From NCBI GenBank assembly GCA_963770895.1, contig CAVYRF010000002.1, forward strand, positions 4,480,001-4,544,000: 64,000 bases of DNA. The letters are read 5' to 3'. How positions within the stretch are numbered: position 1 is the first letter of the stretch; the number at the start of each line of letters is the position of its first letter. The notes beneath the pieces are model-generated. The model had not been told where the DNA came from. It was given only the letters and a program-made list of their open reading frames with translations, and did no database searches. The DNA comes from an uncultured Acidobacteriota bacterium (GTDB lineage Bacteria; Acidobacteriota; Thermoanaerobaculia; Multivoradales; UBA5704). A program made the translations under genes and the position numbers. Positions 63,057 to 64,000 of the stretch are shown here, piece after piece.

Positions 63057-64000
63057 TCAGTTATAGGGCGCGATCGCGGTGACCGTCCACGTTTCGCCGC
63101 CGATCTGGACGGTGCCGCCGACCGGCTGGTCGAGCAGCTGCTTGCCGAGATCGGCTTCGTAGGACAGGATGCCGTCTTCGGGGCGGCTCTCCCACGGACC
63201 GAGGATGGTGATGGTGCGCCTTTGGCCGCCGGCGCTGGCCAGGTGGACGCGGGCACCGATGCGCACCGCCGACAGGTCCATGGAGGTGGTGTCGATGGGA
63301 CGCACCCGCGACAGCTCGCCGTTGAGCGCCGCGGCGCGGGAGTTGAGGTATTCGTGGCGCGCCCGCGCCGATTTGTATTCGAAGTTCTCGCGCAGGTCGC
63401 CCAGGGCGCGGGCTTCTTCGATCGCCTTGCGATTGGCCGGGATCTCGACTTTCATGATCTGGTCGAGCTCGGCGCGCTTGGTGGTGATCGAATCGAGCGT
63501 CGCGTAGAGCGGCATTTCGATCTCTCGCCGCAGCGAGCGGAAGCGCAGCTCCAGGGCAGCCAGGAGCTGTTCGCGCTGGTAGGGCTCCAGGGCGGCGGCC
63601 CGCCGCACGGCGTCTTCGGCCTGCGGCGCCTGGTCTTCGGTCAGGTGGTTGAGCACCCGCGGCACGGTGCCGCCCGATTCGGCCAGCGCCAGCAGACGCA
63701 GCCGGAAGGTGGCGAATTCGTCGCGGTTCAGACTGTTGAGGATCTGCTGCAACAGGCGCAGCGGGTTGCGTCCGCGCAGCTCTTCGTCGGTGGCGGCCCG
63801 TTCGGCCAGCCAGGTGAAGGCGGACGGCTGCCGGTGTGGCTGGGTGACGAGGGTGTCGTAGAAGCGTTCCAGTTCCCGCGGCGCGCCCGCCGCCATGCCG
63901 GCCGCCAGGGTGTCCAGGGCGCGCGGGTCGGTTTCGCGCGCCAGGGCGTCACGGTAGACCGCCGGCCAGTCGGTGCGTCGCTCGCGCACCATCTGGTACG
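63057..64000 (-). CDS. GreA/GreB-domain transcription elongation factor with long N-terminal extension (5' part outside the window)
   Basis: IPANRKAIEEARALGDLRENFEY, TILGPWES.P..GILSY; the frame is open to the window end. Confidence 0.85.
   Translation of the reverse strand, partial: YQMVRERRTDWPAVYRDALARETDPRALDTLAAGMAAGAPRELERFYDTLVTQPHRQPSAFTWLAERAATDEELRGRNPLRLLQQILNSLNRDEFATFRLRLLALAESGGTVPRVLNHLTEDQAPQAEDAVRRAAALEPYQREQLLAALELRFRSLRREIEMPLYATLDSITTKRAELDQIMKVEIPANRKAIEEARALGDLRENFEYKSARARHEYLNSRAAALNGELSRVRPIDTTSMDLSAVRIGARVHLASAGGQRRTITILGPWESRPEDGILSYEADLGKQLLDQPVGGTVQIGGETWTVTAIAPYN

Overview
High-GC bacterial DNA. The gene repertoire and the many Ala/Gly/Pro-rich insertions suggest an Acidobacteriota (Thermoanaerobaculia-like) soil organism, but that is inference. 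Left to right: an M16 zinc-peptidase pair, two secreted proteins, a GT22 (Alg9/PIG-B-like) membrane glycosyltransferase, a GNAT, a CHAT-TM-FGE protein, and an ~18 kb NRPS (T-[C-A-T]x5-TE, broken by one extra base in a G6 run at 19420-19425). The NRPS sits head-to-head with a stand-alone LanB-type glutamylation-domain enzyme carrying PEARL (peptide aminoacyl-tRNA ligase) motifs. Then follow a TPR membrane protein, lexA, an aminotransferase, ogt, a decayed Ig-like gene, fhs, a divergent folD, a 167-bp palindromic MITE-like element, an MFS transporter, a PilT-family ATPase with a coiled-coil tail, a tRNA nucleotidyltransferase, gatCA, an amidase, a wHTH regulator pair, an ECF sigma/anti-sigma pair, an NmrA-like protein, a complete form I aerobic CO dehydrogenase operon (xdhC-mocA-coxF/YHS-coxD-coxE-coxG-coxM-coxS-coxL) and a partial GreA-domain gene. 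The best candidate for a new system is the NRPS-PEARL pair. It has no precursor peptide and no ureido-type C domain, but it has a Lys2-like (side-chain-carboxyl-activating) A domain. That domain could leave a free alpha-carboxylate for tRNA-dependent branching by the PEARL.
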